Positions 40,077-52,690 of a DNA stretch of 64,000 nucleotides are shown piece after piece. The notes beneath the pieces were generated by a model, which was not told where the DNA came from, ran no database searches, and saw nothing but the letters and a program-made list of their open reading frames with translations. Within the stretch, counting starts at the first letter, position 1. The number at the start of each line of letters is the position of its first letter. A program made the position numbers and the translations under genes. This DNA comes from Octopus bimaculoides. Lineage: Eukaryota. The stretch is taken from NCBI RefSeq assembly GCF_001194135.2, contig NC_068982.1, positions 39,371,991-39,435,990 of the forward strand, written 5' to 3'.

Positions 40077-40785
40077 AAAAGAAGGAAAAGAAGAAAAACA
40101 GGGAGAGTGTAAGCCACGTGCCTTCACGAATAAGCTTCCTTTGTTTTTTTTTTTTGAGTGAGCAAGGTAAGGGAAGAAAGCTATTTTTTTTTTTACAACG
40201 GAAAGTGCTTAAAGTATTAGCTGATTCATGACAGCAAGTGTGTATGTAAGTACGTGTATACAAATAGCACACATATAAACACCAGTCTCCGTTTGCACAA
40301 AATATACCCGCACTAACTGACACTTCTACAAACAAACATACTTAAACGTACTAAATACACGAACTATGAATGTTATCTCCCTTTATTGAATTTCCGTTGT
40401 TACAAAATGCTTTTTCCGCTTCCTATTTCTTCTTCACTGAAAACATAACCTATTCATAAAACCATGTGGATCAGACGTCTGTTTGTCACTTTTTTTTCCT
40501 TGCTCAAATTTTCCTTGTCATTTTAGCCGATAGAATAACGAAATCCGAAATGTCAAACGTTTCTTTCTTTCCACCATTCTGTGCCAAATTAATGCAACTT
40601 TTATGATGCATAATGTTATTTTTTAACTATATTATCATCATCAAACATTTGGATATATTTTCCTTCTTGGTGATGCTATCAGACCGGTTTGTATTCCTAA
40701 TTTGGAGGAATAGCAAGTCGGATTCCACTGGTTTACCCCTTCAACTTGCTTCGGATTGCCATTTTGGATGTATATTATTGCATTA

Positions 40786-41045
40786 TGTATGTATGTATGT
40801 ATGTATGTATGTATGTATGTATGTATGTATGTATGTATGCCTGTATGTAGATTTATGTTGTTTTATGTATGTAAGTATATATATATGTATTCATGTATGT
40901 ATGTGTGTATGTGTATATGTATGTACGCATGTATGTATATATGCATTTATGTATGTATGTATGTACGTATGTACGTATGTGTGTATGTATGTATTTATGT
41001 ATGTAAATATGTATGTATAGATGTGTTTATGTATTTATGTATGAG
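40786..41045. repeat. (ATGT)n tetranucleotide array, degenerating
   Basis: Seen directly. Confidence 0.95.
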
Positions 41046-43181
41046 TGTATGCTCGGCATGAAAAATGATTTCAATTGAGATTGAACATAAGGAGTGAAAC
41101 AGTTACTTCCATCTACAGTCATTGGAATATACGTATAACATACATTGTTATACACATATTTAGACTTATTGTATGTTATCAATACATATCATTGCAAGTC
41201 AGAATAGTTGGTCGAGTATCGACTATTTTACGCAAACAGGAATATAGCAGCATCAATCCACCTTACTGGTGATACATGGTATTACCCAGCAGACATCACA
41301 ATAATCTCTTACTATATTTGATGTATGTAAATCTATATTTCTAGGCTTGTACTTTTAGTTTTCATAAATCTGATACATAAAATATAGTTTAATTTATAAC
41401 TGTTGAAAAAGAAAATTATTCTCAGATACTTTATAGCTACTTATATCTAAATTACTTACAATACTGAAGTTTTTACATATGTTTGTGGATATCTTTTTAT
41501 ATCGATATAAAAAAAAATATACAGAATAATATTATATATATAGGATAGTATTAAAAAATAATGATAGTGAGTATCTCCAGACATTAACCAATTAAAAAGT
41601 CGTCAGTAAAATAGACACCAAGGCGACTAAATAAGATACTGTGAAAGAAAAAAGATAAAAGAAAAATGTAACTGAGAAAAAATATTTTAAATGGTTGTCA
41701 TAGTGGTTGTTTAACCCTGAGCATCTTTCATCGAGCAGTCTTGTGAGGAAAATCACTCAAGTCATAGGAAACATGTCTTTTAAAGACTCGTAGAAGTATA
41801 TCATCTAATATGTCCTCCTCTGAAAAATAGTAGGGACGGATTGCTATTTCTAAAATGTCAAACGACCGTGTTGGAGATGTTCCGTTGGTAGAGCAGTATT
41901 GTGGAAAACATTGCAGCAATGCAACACGCACAAATTTGTGGGCGCACACTCATACCCTAGAATATTACATACACGCGCGTCACACACACATATCGTCTTT
42001 TTACTACGGGTTAGGTTTGCGCGTATTACCTATATATACTGAATCAGATATTTAGTTAGAGATATTGGATGAGATTAAATGGTTTAAAGCTCTTCCCTCG
42101 CGATTAAATGTTCACATTTCTTCAAGTTAACGTAAAAGAGGCATCTATCACTGATCTTCTTCAACATAAGACCTTTTTTTTTTTGCACATATCCTATCAT
42201 CTATATATCCGTTAGTAAATTAGAATTTTCCCGCAAGGTAAAGAAAGTGTTGCTTATAATGAACTGTGCTTTTGGATAACAAAAAGCTGCAGAACTCCAT
42301 TAGTTCTCAGCATGTGTGATCGTTACTCTAAAGGGACGATTGTACTTTCTAAACTTAAAGACCATCCCTTATATTAAAGGAAACTTCTTTCACGATGATG
42401 GTCTACTCTCACAAAAAAAGACAACCTGAATTACATGTGTGTAGGGAGAGAGAGAGAGCGTGTGTGAGACTATGTATACACACACACACACGTCTGCACA
42501 CGCATGCATACACACATACACACACACATATAAACAAAAATGAGCTAAGTGCAATAACTCGAAGAAGGCAATGGTATGTATTTGAATAAAATAGACAAAT
42601 GCCAGTACGTCAAATAATACGCAACAAAAATTCTTGATCTCTTGAAATTATCTCCACCTTAGAAGATATATATCATAATCACCAAGTGATAATAATGAAA
42701 AGGGGAGGTAATCACAGGATTCAAGTTTCTTTTAAAGTGACTTTCTATTGAGAAAAATAACTTGCTAAGGAGAGTCGTGGTTACATGTCTCTGACTCAGT
42801 AGCCTTCACCAGCACAGGATTTGCCGACTTTATCTTCAGCTGCCAAAGGACTTAGACTTGTATAAAACAGATTAGAAACAATTGTGGCCTGCGTAATTTT
42901 CATACTTCAAATAGAAATTAGCTAAGAGAAGCAATTCAAAGTGGCCAGTCGCCTGTATTTGAAGAACGTAGACAAATATCAGTAAGGTAACTACCTTACA
43001 ACAAAAATTCATTTATTAAAATTATCTCCGCCTCCAGACGATGCATCATAATTAGCAAATGGTAATTATGAGCAACTCGACTTCAGAAGGAGAAAACAAT
43101 CCCAAGAATCAGGAATTCATCAAAACTGGCATACCATTAAGGGAAAAGACAGGCTTATTGCTTGGAGATACAATAAAAATT

Positions 43182-43220
43182 CGTGTGAACGTTTCAGTCT
43201 TAGTATCCTTCATCAGCACG
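43182..43220 (-). ncRNA. Minimal type I hammerhead motif
   Basis: cgtg-CTGATGA-aggatactaagact-GAAA-cgt-T-cac. Intact core, palindromic ACGT stem III, 3-bp stem I, 2-bp stem II. Confidence 0.5.
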
Positions 43221-44414
43221 TTACTGTGACCAGAAACAATACGTGTTCACGACTGTCCTCTTAACACAAGGAAAGACGCCTGTCCTTTTCCTCAATGACA
43301 TGTCAGTTTGGGAGAAATTCTTAAATACTGAGACGATCTTCTCTTCTGAAGCGGAGCTGGACATAACTGCAATTTGGTAATTATGATGTGTTTTCTAGAA
43401 ACGAACGAAATTGTACTAAATCAAGTATTTTTCTTGTATGGTATTTGACACACTGGCTATTGCCTCTTTCTCTCTCTGTGTATGTGTGTGTGTGTATGTG
43501 TGTGTGGATGCGTGTGCATGTGTAAGTGCGCGCATGTGCGCACATTGCATATATATATATATATANNNNNNNNNNNNNNNNNNNAATATATATACACTCC
43601 AGGTTAACCTTTAGGTAAATATCTAAATTCGCTATATATTTCTCTAGTTTGCACTGTTGCTCATACGTATATTTACTATCTAAAATATAAACATAGCTAT
43701 ATTTATAGTAATATATTTTGAATTGCCATCATAATGGCAGGAATCGATCGTATCATAGACAATACAACACGAATAAGTTTTTCTTTTCCCCCCAATAACC
43801 TTATAGTTCATCCATGTATAGTTTTAAGTTTTATGAGCATTGACACACAAAAAAAAAGAAAGAAAAATAAACGAAATACTGTAATGGTTATTTCCGATTG
43901 GAATGAATTAAAAATGTTTCTTTTTTAAAATTATCAATAGACTGTCTTTTTCTCAACCAGACATTCTGATATATTTCATTACTAATAGCTACATGCATAC
44001 TTCATTGACTAACTTGGAAAATGAGCTAAATATTCAAGGGGAATACATATCTAGTTTCAATTCTGTTCACTTACAAATCGATAAAAGAATTGACAAGAAC
44101 ATTACATTAAGAGAAAGGCTAATAGGCATTAAGCCATTAATATCTTTATTTTTGTAGATTAATTCATGAATGCGTTTCTCCGGAGTTTATTGCTCAACTA
44201 TTACATTTTAATATGCATCTAGAGTAATTGCTATGTCCAGCATATATTTTCATATCTAATGATTTTTTCCTATTGTGGTATTATCTCAGTTCATTTTTAT
44301 TACGAGATGAACTGAAATTATGGCCCCAGATGTGAGAAATAATTTCCTAATTTCCCCCTTTTGGGACTTTTCATATAATCTAGTGGTGTTTAAAATCTAA
44401 AAACAACTGAGAAG

Positions 44415-44555
44415 AGAAATCCTCCGAGGCCGACTTTGCCTTTCATTCTTTCGGGGTCGATAAAATAAGTATCAGTTAAATATTGTGGTTAATGCAATTA
44501 ACTTGCTCCCTCCCCCGAACTTGCTGACGTTGTACCAAATTTTGAAACCAATAAT
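44415..44555 (+). mobile_element. SINE family A, 3' fragment
   Basis: ccgaggccgactttgcctttcattctttcggggtcgataaaataagtatcag. Confidence 0.88.
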
Positions 44556-44667
44556 AAAGCTGAGGTAGTTACTAAAATAAAATCGAAAGATGTTCATTGC
44601 ATTGATCAGTTGGCATTAAAGACCATATCAAACTCCAATTTGCAGGATATTTATCTGCGTGAAACAC

Positions 44668-44720
<53 letters not shown>

Positions 44721-44733
44721 GTAATAATAATAA

Positions 44734-45230
44734 TGCAGTACGAGGCAGTAGCTTTCATGGCTTCTCATCTTAACTAATTGGAAGTGTTATTTTGTACATT
44801 GTTTTGTCTTGGTATAAAAGATGGGCTACAGCAAATATTCTGCTCAATACCACAGATTTGCTCGATATGTGCATCTATGATCGTGGGCAGAAGTAGTGGG
44901 GGAGCATCATAGCCATGTGTTGAGAGGAAGTTTTTGATGTTTGGATAATTCACCTCTGGAAAAATGGGTGTTTCATTCCACATCCTTAAACAACCCTTAT
45001 TTAGGGACCTTTTGAGCAGGATGGGCTACTCGACCTGACAAAGATTCTAACTGGGCCCCACCTGCAAGGTCATGCGCTGTTAATCTGATATGAGATCACC
45101 ATGTCGCAAACAGATGATCGTAATGCATGTGCCTGGTGTACCCTTGTGAGACGGGTAGTCATGATGGGTATACTGGGCTTCGTATATTTTACCCCAGTGT
45201 CACTTTGATGCACTGCTCTCTCACTCTATC
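44734..45230 (+). mobile_element. Interspersed repeat flanked by (TAA)n on both sides, probably the 3' end of a Dong/R4-type LINE
   Basis: About 500 bp of complex non-coding sequence between (TAA)n 44671-44733 and (TAA)n 45231-45253. Dong elements are known to target TAA repeats. Confidence 0.55.
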
Positions 45231-45254
45231 ATAATAATAATAATAATAATAATC

Positions 45255-45622
45255 TTTTCTGCTATAGGCCCAAAACCTGAAATTTTAGAGGACCGGGTTA
45301 GTCAATTACATTGACCTCGGTGTTCAACTCGTACTTATTTTATTGATTCCACAAGGATGAAAAGTAAAGACGACCTTGGTGGAAATTTGATCTCAGTGTA
45401 ATAATAATAATGGTTCAAATTTTGCCGCAAAGGCAGCCATTTTCGGGAAGGGGTTGTGTCGATTATATCAACCTCAGTGTCCAACTGGTATTTAATTTAT
45501 CGACTTCGAAAGGATGAAAGGCAAAGTCGGCCTCGGTGGAATTTGAACTCAGAGCCTAGCGGCGGACGAAGTTCCGCGAAGCTTTTCGTCCCGCGTGCTA
45601 ACGATTCTGCCAGCTCGCCGCC
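45255..45622 (-). mobile_element. Two tandem SINE family A copies
   Basis: 3' half at 45255-45400; full copy at 45410-45622 ending ctgccagctcgccgcc. Confidence 0.9.
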
Positions 45623-47351
45623 TTAACAATAATAACGGTTTCTTTGCTTATTACGCAAATATACAAGCAAATGAACATTGTATAAGTGTGGAAAAAATAA
45701 TGCGTCAATCATGTGCCTTAATGGACACATACCTTTCGCCGTAGCCAGTATATTGTGGTAATTTTCTTTAAAACTATATCAAGGAAATCTCTATCATGGA
45801 CTTGTATGCTATACAAGAAAGCTACTCTTAATTAAATACATTCTGTTCAGCGATACCCACGCACTATGCACATTAATTGGAGACAGTTTTGTTGTTTTAA
45901 CCGCATCCTAGTCAGGCTGAAATAACTAGGTTTATAATTTGGTGGAACAAATCTAAACCTAGTAAAATTTTAATGAAATTGATCATAATATTGTCTGACA
46001 GTCTTCGAAATTTATTCACGCATCTACTTTCTACTGACTAATATTTCTTCCCAAACACACCTAATATATGACCTGTTTGGTGCATAATCTGCTGATTTTC
46101 GAAAAGTGTCTTAGTCTACGTAATTAGACGCCTTCTGCTTAATTCAGATTAAGTAGGTTGATCTTAATGAGTCTAGCTGAGTGGAGGATAAAGTATTTAC
46201 TCAAGAAGAGAAATCATCTAAAAGATCAGTTGAGGTTGAACATCGATCTTTGTCAATGAGTATTATAAAGAATGGCTCATTGGTGTTTGATCAAGACACA
46301 TTTTGGGTTAAACAACAACATATACAAAAATACTAGAGACTGGAACATGAAAAGAGATCCGAAGCCGACTTCCTTTCGGACAGTCGTAAAATATTAATCG
46401 GGAAATCATTCAATCGCTTGAGAGTTATTCAAGAGTACCAAAGTAGCAATATATATATATATATATATANNNNNNNNNNNNNNNNNNNNNNNNNNNNNNN
46501 NNNNNNNNNNNNNNNNNNNNNNNNNNNNNNNNNNNNNNNNNNNNNNNNNNNNNNNNNNNNNNNNNNNNNNNNNNNNNNNNNNNNNNNNNNNNNNNNNNNN
46601 NNNNNNNNNNNNNNNNNNNNNNNNNNNNNNNNNNNNNNNNNNNNNNNNNNNNNNNNNNNNNNNNNNNNNNNNNNNNNNNNNNNNNNNNNNNNNNNNNNNN
46701 NNNNNNNNNNNNNNNNNNNNNNNNNNNNNNNNNNNNAAGTCCTGGGTATGGCTTTAGATTGCATCCGTTTATGGGGCACAGGTTCAGGAATTCCATGGGT
46801 TTGAGGTGTATAGAAAAAAATCACTCTTAATAATTGTTCCCAGGTCTACTCTCATCCGGAGAACTAGCACTTATCAGGTCTCAGCTATTGGTTAATGACC
46901 TGATGATGGATTCTGGCGGTCTCTACGGAAGAAACCACGAGATTCTATGAAGAGAAAAGCAGCTGCAGCAACTTCTTCTGGAGTGCAGAAACTAAAATGA
47001 AGCAAGTATGACATGTTAGTCATCCACTGTTTCTGTCTCAATTCTCAATCGTCTTGACCTGCGCTTGCCACTGGATTGAGGATGGTCACAGACGAGAAAA
47101 TGAGATTTAAGGTGTGCAACTCTAGCAAATTCAGTTTATGCAAATTACCTACGCATGTCATCAGTCATCTTAGAATGATTAAATTGTCCTAGGCGCTCTG
47201 ACGGACGAGCATGAGATATATCGTTACATCACTTTACTATTATTGTATTAAACAAATGAAGTGATGCACAGAAAGTATTAATTTCGAAATTTTATATCTA
47301 TTTCATTGACTACAGTGCGAGGAGTGTGTTGCATTATATTTATATATATAA

Positions 47352-47565
47352 GGCGGCGAGCTGGCAGAAACGTTAACACGCCGGGCGAAATACTAAGCGG
47401 TGTTTCGTCTGTCTTTATGTTCTGAGTTCAGATTCCTCCGAGGTCAACTTTGCCTTTCATCCTTTCGGGGTCAATAAATTAAATACCAGTTGCGTACTGG
47501 GTCGATCTAATCGACTGGCCCTCTCCCCCAAAATTTCGGGCCTTGTCCCTAGAGCAGAAAAGATT
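47352..47565 (+). mobile_element. SINE family A, full length
   Basis: High similarity to 28841-29056. Confidence 0.95.
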
Positions 47566-48505
47566 ATATATGTGTTTGTGTGTGCGTGTGTGTGTTATTT
47601 GTAATATACAGAATATGTGTTTTGTTATGCGCATGATCTTCCGGTCCAGGCAGAAATTGTCTTACTCGAAACCGAGTAAGTGGTGCAAAACTGATTGGGG
47701 ACCATTGTGTTAGGGTGCGAAACAAAAAATGACTTAGAATGTAGTGAGATTTGAGCTTAAGATTTAAACCTATTGCAGATCATCTTGTGTGATACATTAC
47801 TAATTAAAAACTCTAAAGAGAAACCAAAAAATCTAGATGATTTTGGGGTATGTCTGATTATTGCGTCCTTATTGATCAAGATATGCAAAGATTTGGTGCA
47901 TGTGGCGTATTTATTCATCAGTAGTTTTCTAATTAATTTTCTGAAGCTTGTTTGTTATTCACTAACTCGCTATTTATCCTTATTTAGTTAATGACATTAA
48001 TGAGTGCAACAGCTTGTACTTCGAAAAATGCCGTAAATTTAGTAATTTACCTGAGCATTTTCACACTTCCACTTTTTATATCTATTCTATTTTTATTTAT
48101 TTATTTATTTGCTTTTATGCATTTTAGTCTTTTCTTGTATAACGAAGAAACCCAAACATTGTAAATGTTTACACTTACTTACCCATATACATTCACGTCT
48201 ACATACATACATGTATACATACATACATACATGTATACATACATACATGATATAATCACCAATGTAGTTCAGTTATATATACACCTGTATTCATGTATAT
48301 ATGCATGCACGTATGTTTATAAATATATATGTATGTGTGTGTGTTTATGAGTGTGAGTCTGCGTGTGTGCGTCTGAGTGTGTCTGAGTGTGTATGCCGTG
48401 TGTGTGTGTGCCTGCGTGTGTGTGTGTGTTTATATATATGTATGTGTGTGTGCGTGCTCTGTAAGGTCGGAGAAAATCGCCTTCAGTGCGGTGTTTCTCC
48501 TAGAG

Positions 48506-48804
48506 CAGTGCTACTCAAAGTGGCGGTCCGCGAGCCATCGGCGAATTTCCAGAAAAGAAAGAAACATTATAAAAAGCTTATGAAATGCCTATGTAATATT
48601 ATTTTATTAATATTATATTATACTATTTGTTTACAAAATAAATATGAGATAAAAATAAGTGTCAACTTTTATTATATTCATTATATATATATATATATTG
48701 CTTCCGGTATAAATTAATATTACTAAGAAATATTACCGGACTCTGGCACATTGGAAAAAAAAGAATCTCCCGGTATTCCACATTAGATAGTTTGAAAAAC
48801 ACTG
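48506..48804. mobile_element. hAT (Charlie-like) MITE, 299 bp, with an 8-bp TSD
   Basis: TIRs CAGTGCTACTCAAA and reverse complement CAGTGTTTTTCAAA (11/14). Flanks tcctagag (48498-48505) and tcctacag (48805-48812). Confidence 0.85.
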
Positions 48805-49728
48805 TCCTACAGTATTCACTGAAAAGTGTTTATGTATGTATACTGTTTAGTTTACAATTAATGTGGACATTAGTTGGAGGAATCAGTAGCTCGCCGAGAA
48901 TATTCGATACTTTATTTAGGTGTGTTCCTCTAAGTTCTTTACAATTCACAATTCTAGCTTTGATGGTTGATACAGTTAATGTCTGGGTTTTACTATTGTC
49001 GAGACAATAGACTATGTTATTCTCTATAAATATCTGGGTTTTGTGGTTATGAAGGCAATCAGTGCATTACAGAATTCTATATATGACACATAGGCATATT
49101 TCACATTCCTTTTAAATCGAACGTGTGTTTGTGTATATATGTACACACACGCACACATACATACGGGTGTAAGTATGTGTGTGCGTGTGTGTGTATTTGC
49201 ATATTTGCATGTATAATGATATCTGAGTTTCAAAACTTCTGTGTTTGGAAAGTAGAGCCGATTAGATTAAGAATAGCCTATACACGCGCGCGCACACACA
49301 CACACTCACACACACACACATGCACACAAATGTGGAATGATAAAATAAGAGTAAAGACATCCAGAAACTTAAATTTTCAAAATCATCCCAACAACAAAAA
49401 AGTCGACAGAATCAAATAGTATGCAGGCTGTCTTTAATTAAAAGCATTATTTACAAAGTTGTAGCAAGTGATTATGAATAGGTGTCTTCTTGTACACTTG
49501 TATACAATGTTGTTATGCAAATACTTTGCTTCAACTAAATATTTAAAAATGGACTTCATAGTCTTTTCGTTGCTAATCATGTTTACGTCTCACTCCTTAA
49601 ATTTGAAACGTGCTCTTAAGCAACCTTCTCCAGAACAAGCAATTTCCAGTTAAATTAACTTACGTTGCGCGCGAAACAGATGTAGAGTTAATTGGGTACT
49701 CTGTAATTTTAATTAATTTCAAATAATA

Positions 49729-50030
49729 ACAAGTGCACCCAGAGAGCGCAAACCTCCGCCATGGCAACACTAACGTCCTCTCAACGATTAGCCGGAGATG
49801 ATTTTCAAAATAAAAATATCTGAAATAAACTCGACCGCTCTCACAAACGAGAATACTAAAAATGAACCCGACCGCTCTCAAAAATTAAGTAAAAAACAGG
49901 AAAAATAATCCAGAATACTTGTCCGTTACTGGATCGATCCTCAAAACTAATCAGTTCGTGCCAATCACGAGGCCAAACATGCTTGAAAGTTTCATCCGAA
50001 TCCACCCACTCATCAGATGGCTGTTTATTC
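49729..50030. mobile_element. Unclassified non-autonomous DNA element fragment
   Basis: Starts acaagtgcacccagagagcgcaaacctccgcc; internal direct repeat cgaccgctctca twice; segment aaaataatccag...ggatcgatcc...aaagtttcatccgaatcc. Recognised from memory only. Confidence 0.45.
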
Positions 50031-50661
50031 ATATAGGTCGGACATGGGCAATCATCTTTGAGAAACGGGCCGCCCTATTAAAATTATTTAAGGTGGTTTA
50101 TTATTTCATTAGGTGTGCGATTCAGAAGATTCCACGATCCATAATAAGTTGATGCAACCACGCTAATTGTCGGAATATGGCACGACACTTCTTATTGAAT
50201 GTTTATATCTAAATAAATACCGATTAGACTGTAATGATAAAATTTTTCTCTTTCTCTTTTCTTTTTAATTTTCTTTTTCCTTTTATTTTCTCTTTTGTTT
50301 TCTTTCTTTCTACATCGCATACTCATTTCCTATCATTTAGACCCAACATCAGTGATGTATATAGACATATCACAAACATCAGCATATTCGGTATGGAGGA
50401 TTCCGGTGCTCAGTTTTACGTTACGTTATGAAGCAAAAACCGTATTGTTCTAAACTAAAAAAAACATGACAGTAAATTTACTGCTATATCACTTTGTACA
50501 AAGCTAATTTGATCTTCCATTTTCTTTTTTGTTTAGCTATCTCGGTATACTTCAGTGCTTCTGGTTCTCAGCCTCTTACTTTCTGTATCTCCCCCTCTCT
50601 CTATCTCTTCTATTACCATCTCTTACTATGTCTCTCTCGTTCTCTTTTTCTTTCTGTATAA

Positions 50662-50820
50662 GCGTAGGCGTGGCTGTGTAGTAAGAAATTAGCTTGACAA
50701 CCACATGGTTCCAGGCTTAGTCTCACTGCGTGGCACCTTGGGCAAGTGTCTTCTATAGCCTCGGGTTGACCAAATCGTCGTGAGTGGATTTGGTAGACGG
50801 AAACTGAATGAAGGTCATCC

Positions 50821-50864
<44 letters not shown>

Positions 50865-50927
50865 TGGGTGTGGGTGTGTGTATATATATCTGTGCGTGTT
50901 TGTGTCTGTGAATGTGTATGTGTGTGT

Positions 50928-50982
<55 letters not shown>

Positions 50983-51335
50983 CATTCAAATATGGGGGTT
51001 TAGTTCACAGGTGATCTAAACGATTAGGTACACTAAGTAAGTGCGGTATAATGGATTCCTAGGGCTCCAAGGTTATAGCCGAGACGGTAGTTATGGAGCC
51101 ATTGCCAATTTCCGTGTGTGTGTGAGTGTGTGCGCGTGTGCATATGTGTGCATGAGTATGTGTGAGCCTTCGTGTCAGTGTTTGTCCCCAACCGCTACTG
51201 ATGGTTTGTTTACGAAAAGAGATCAATAGAATAAATACCAAACTAAGAAATAGATATTGGGATCCATTCGTTCGACTAAAAATTCTCCAAGGTCGCAGTC
51301 TAATGACTGAAACAAGTAAAAGATAAAAGATAAAA
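50662..51335 (+). mobile_element. SINE family B with an expanded, interrupted centre
   Basis: Head 50662-50820 (gcgtaggcgtggctgtgtagtaag); tail about 51160-51335. Confidence 0.85.
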
Positions 51336-51969
51336 GAATTGTGTTGTATGTGTGTGCGTGCGTGTGTTTTATGTATCTGTCTCTTTGTGTCTGTGTGTGT
51401 GTGTTTGTGTGAATGTGTGTGGTAGCGTGTGTGTATGTGTGTGTGTGAATGTGTGTGCGCCCATTTGCATATGTGTGTTGCGTGTGTAATCTGTATGTAT
51501 TCAAATATTCATTTCTTATACACGTGAAAATTTGTACTGTACGGCATGCGTTAGATTACATTATTGGAGGATTAATGTAATCTTGTTAGCGATTAGACAG
51601 ATCAAATTGATGATAGACTCTGGTCATGTGGCTAACAGCTCGGGACGTCCGCTAAACATTTTTGTTAGAAGTAGTTTTGTATAACTTCTCTACGGCTGTG
51701 CTAAACTTTATGATGAATCTCTTAATTATAAACTTAATAGTTCCAAAATAACATTTCTGTTATTCATGAGCATATGCAGATGATATCATCTATACATTCA
51801 CACAATATCTATTGATACATTTTATGTTTTTTTGTTTTGTTTTTGCTACCAACTTTTCAGCTATATATTATATATGTCGTGGCTGTGCATAAATGTGCAT
51901 TTATTGGAAATGTAAAGCGAGTGATCGTATTATGAAAATTTAACCCTTTTACAGCTAAAAGCAGATATA

Positions 51970-52690
51970 GGCGCAGGCGAGATGTTTGGTAAGAAGGCGG
52001 CGAGCTGGCAGAACCGTTAGCACGCCGGGTGAAATGCTTAGCGGTATTTCGTCTGCCTTTACGTTCTGACTTCAAATTCCGCCGAGGTTGACTTTGCTTT
52101 TCATCCTTTCGGGGTCGATAAATTAAGTACCACTTACGCACTGGGATCGATGTAATCGACTTAATCCCTTTGTCTGTCCTTGTTTGTCCTCTCTATGTTT
52201 AGGGGAAATAAAGAAATAAGAAGCTTGTTTCACAACCACATAGTACCGGGTTCAGTCTCACTGCGTAGCACCTTGGGCAAGTGTCTTCTACTATAGCCTC
52301 GGGCCGACCAATACCTTGTGAGTGGATCTGATAGACGGAAATTGAAGTCCGTGTTATATATNNNNNNNNNNNNNNNNNNNNNNNNNNNNNNNNNNNNNNN
52401 NNNNNNNNNNNNNNNNNNNNNNNNNNNNNNNTATATATATATATATATATATATATGCGGTGTGTGTGTGTGTGTGTATTTGTGTCCTTGTTTGTCCCCA
52501 CGACCGACTGACAACCGGTGATGGTGTGTGTTCACTTTACCGTAATATAGCGGTTCGGCGAAAGGGACCGATAGAATAAGAACTAGGTCTTAAAGAAAAG
52601 TCCTGAGCTCGATTTGTTCGGCTAAAATCATTCAAGACGGCGCCCCAGAATGGCTCCAGTGAAATGACTGAAACCAGTCAATGATAAAAG
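51970..52690 (+). mobile_element. SINE family B interrupted by a family A copy (51996-52216)
   Basis: taagaa is duplicated at 51990-51995 and 52217-52222; the B sequence resumes in register (gcttgtttcacaaccac). Confidence 0.88.

Noticed and set aside
41831-41940. CUB-like PLVEQYCG on the plus strand
   Set aside because: Lacks the other CUB motifs; it is the codon-aligned shadow of the minus ORF.
44283-44320. 9-bp inverted repeat tcagttcat/atgaactga
   Set aside because: Short and isolated; expected by chance in AT-rich DNA.
46868-46935. Hairpin atcaggtc/gacctgat and a plus-strand CTGATGA...GAAA
   Set aside because: Too short for a pre-miRNA; no stem II or III for a hammerhead.
49985-50020. 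CTGATGA...GAAA on the minus strand
   Set aside because: Stem II does not pair and there is no NUH; it lies inside a DNA element.
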